From Candidatus Kerfeldbacteria bacterium RIFCSPLOWO2_02_FULL_42_19 (GTDB lineage Bacteria; Patescibacteriota; Patescibacteriia; HO2-48-17): DNA of 64,000 bases. The stretch spans positions 128,080 through 192,079 of the forward strand of contig MHKF01000012.1 in the NCBI GenBank assembly GCA_001818315.1. Direction: 5' to 3'. The position numbers and the translations under genes were made by a program. Below, one piece after another: positions 63,664 to 64,000 of this stretch. Under the pieces are notes generated by a model. The model was not told the origin of the DNA. It ran no database searches and saw nothing but the letters and a program-made list of their open reading frames with translations. How positions within the stretch are numbered: position 1 is the stretch's first letter; every line of letters starts with the position of its first letter.

Positions 63664-64000
63664 TTATTTATGAATTTTTGCCATATTTTTTTGTACTGCT
63701 GCTTCCAATTCACTAAAACGTCGGTTGATGGTACTGATAACAAAACCAGTTAATGCCACGAACACACTGACTAATACTAACCCAACCGCTAGTACTGCAG
63801 TTGGTAAACGCAACACTAAACCAGTACGGAAAAATTCAGAAATCACTATACTCCCAGTAATGACACCGGGTATAAAAAATAATAAAGCCAATAAAATAAA
63901 GAACTTTATCGGACGATAATCCCGCAAAATTTGAAAAATGGTCAGTAAAATTTTTGTACCATCCCGGAAGGTATGAAGTTTCGAAACGCTTCCGGCTGGT
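63664..64000 (-). CDS. C-terminal part of a GT2 GtrB/ArnC-like glycosyltransferase (partial; runs off the window edge)
   Basis: The frame stays open to nt 64000; the C-terminus has two TM helices and RTGLVLRLP, which is typical of the membrane-anchoring tail of polyprenyl-phosphate GT2 enzymes. Confidence 0.35.
   Translation of the reverse strand, partial: PAGSVSKLHTFRDGTKILLTIFQILRDYRPIKFFILLALLFFIPGVITGSIVISEFFRTGLVLRLPTAVLAVGLVLVSVFVALTGFVISTINRRFSELEAAVQKNMAKIHK

Noticed and set aside
1-64000. CRISPR arrays, rRNA genes, RNase P/SRP/tmRNA, integrases or transposases
   Set aside because: I found no short direct repeats with regular spacing, no rRNA-like conserved blocks, no RNase P P4 (AGGAAAGUCCGGGC) or tmRNA tag-like motifs, and no DDE or tyrosine-recombinase-like ORFs. 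The one RNA gene that can be supported is tRNA-Asn.

Overview
This 64 kb window has about 60 protein-coding genes, one tRNA and several families of palindromic intergenic repeats. It probably comes from a small-genome bacterium. I infer this from the bacterial dnaG–rpoD operon, the many archaeal-type sugar genes (TrmB, GH57, PGI/PMI), heavy gene decay and few Shine-Dalgarno sequences; the taxon is not proven.

Main blocks, in order:
- 1–6.6 kb: a thiol-redox and oxidative-stress cluster (glutaredoxin-like protein, TrxR-like protein, CcdA, peroxiredoxin, SOD-like protein), plus a PGI/PMI and a ROK kinase.
- 7.1–9.9 kb: a GC-rich 947-aa coiled-coil membrane protein with a C-terminal zinc ribbon.
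- 10.5–13.8 kb: the dnaG–rpoD operon.
- 14–17.7 kb: a TrmB regulator, a GC-rich orphan gene, and PadR–znuC–znuB.
- 18–25 kb: tRNA-Asn(GUU), then a glycogen-type cluster with two glgA, two GH57 genes (one fused to a UVR domain) and a GalT-like HIT protein.
- 25–30.8 kb: an unusual island. It holds an atypical 607-aa sigma factor that seems to carry RpoA-alpha-CTD-like helix-hairpin-helix domains at both ends. Two diverged paralogs of an unrecognised ~240-aa protein, each followed by the same CAGACTG hairpin, bracket a Cys-rich FtsK-gamma-like winged-helix protein and a ParB-like protein.
- 31–41 kb: a clan-A glycoside hydrolase, a long-form dCTP deaminase, a thymidylate-synthase homolog with an N-terminal extension, GC-rich orphans, trxB, and an orphan PEP-utilising mobile-domain fragment.
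- 42–45 kb: tandem GT-C-like membrane paralogs that carry gene-conversion tracts.
- 46.3–47.3 kb: an internally deleted pckA pseudogene.
- 47.4–64 kb: an AT-rich surface-glycan locus (Wzm/Wzt exporter, a 3-amino-sugar pathway, ATP-grasp, at least six methyltransferases, CgeB-like GTs, and a GT2 / ArnE-like / GT-C triad).

Recurrent non-coding elements are worth following up. Family A (2 copies) has a ~100-nt conserved core embedded in locus-specific perfect ~30-bp stems. Family B (4 copies) is a conserved hairpin repeat at gene 3' ends. A third long-stem element lies between the dcd-like and thyA-like genes.

No CRISPR arrays, rRNA genes, integrases or transposases were found.
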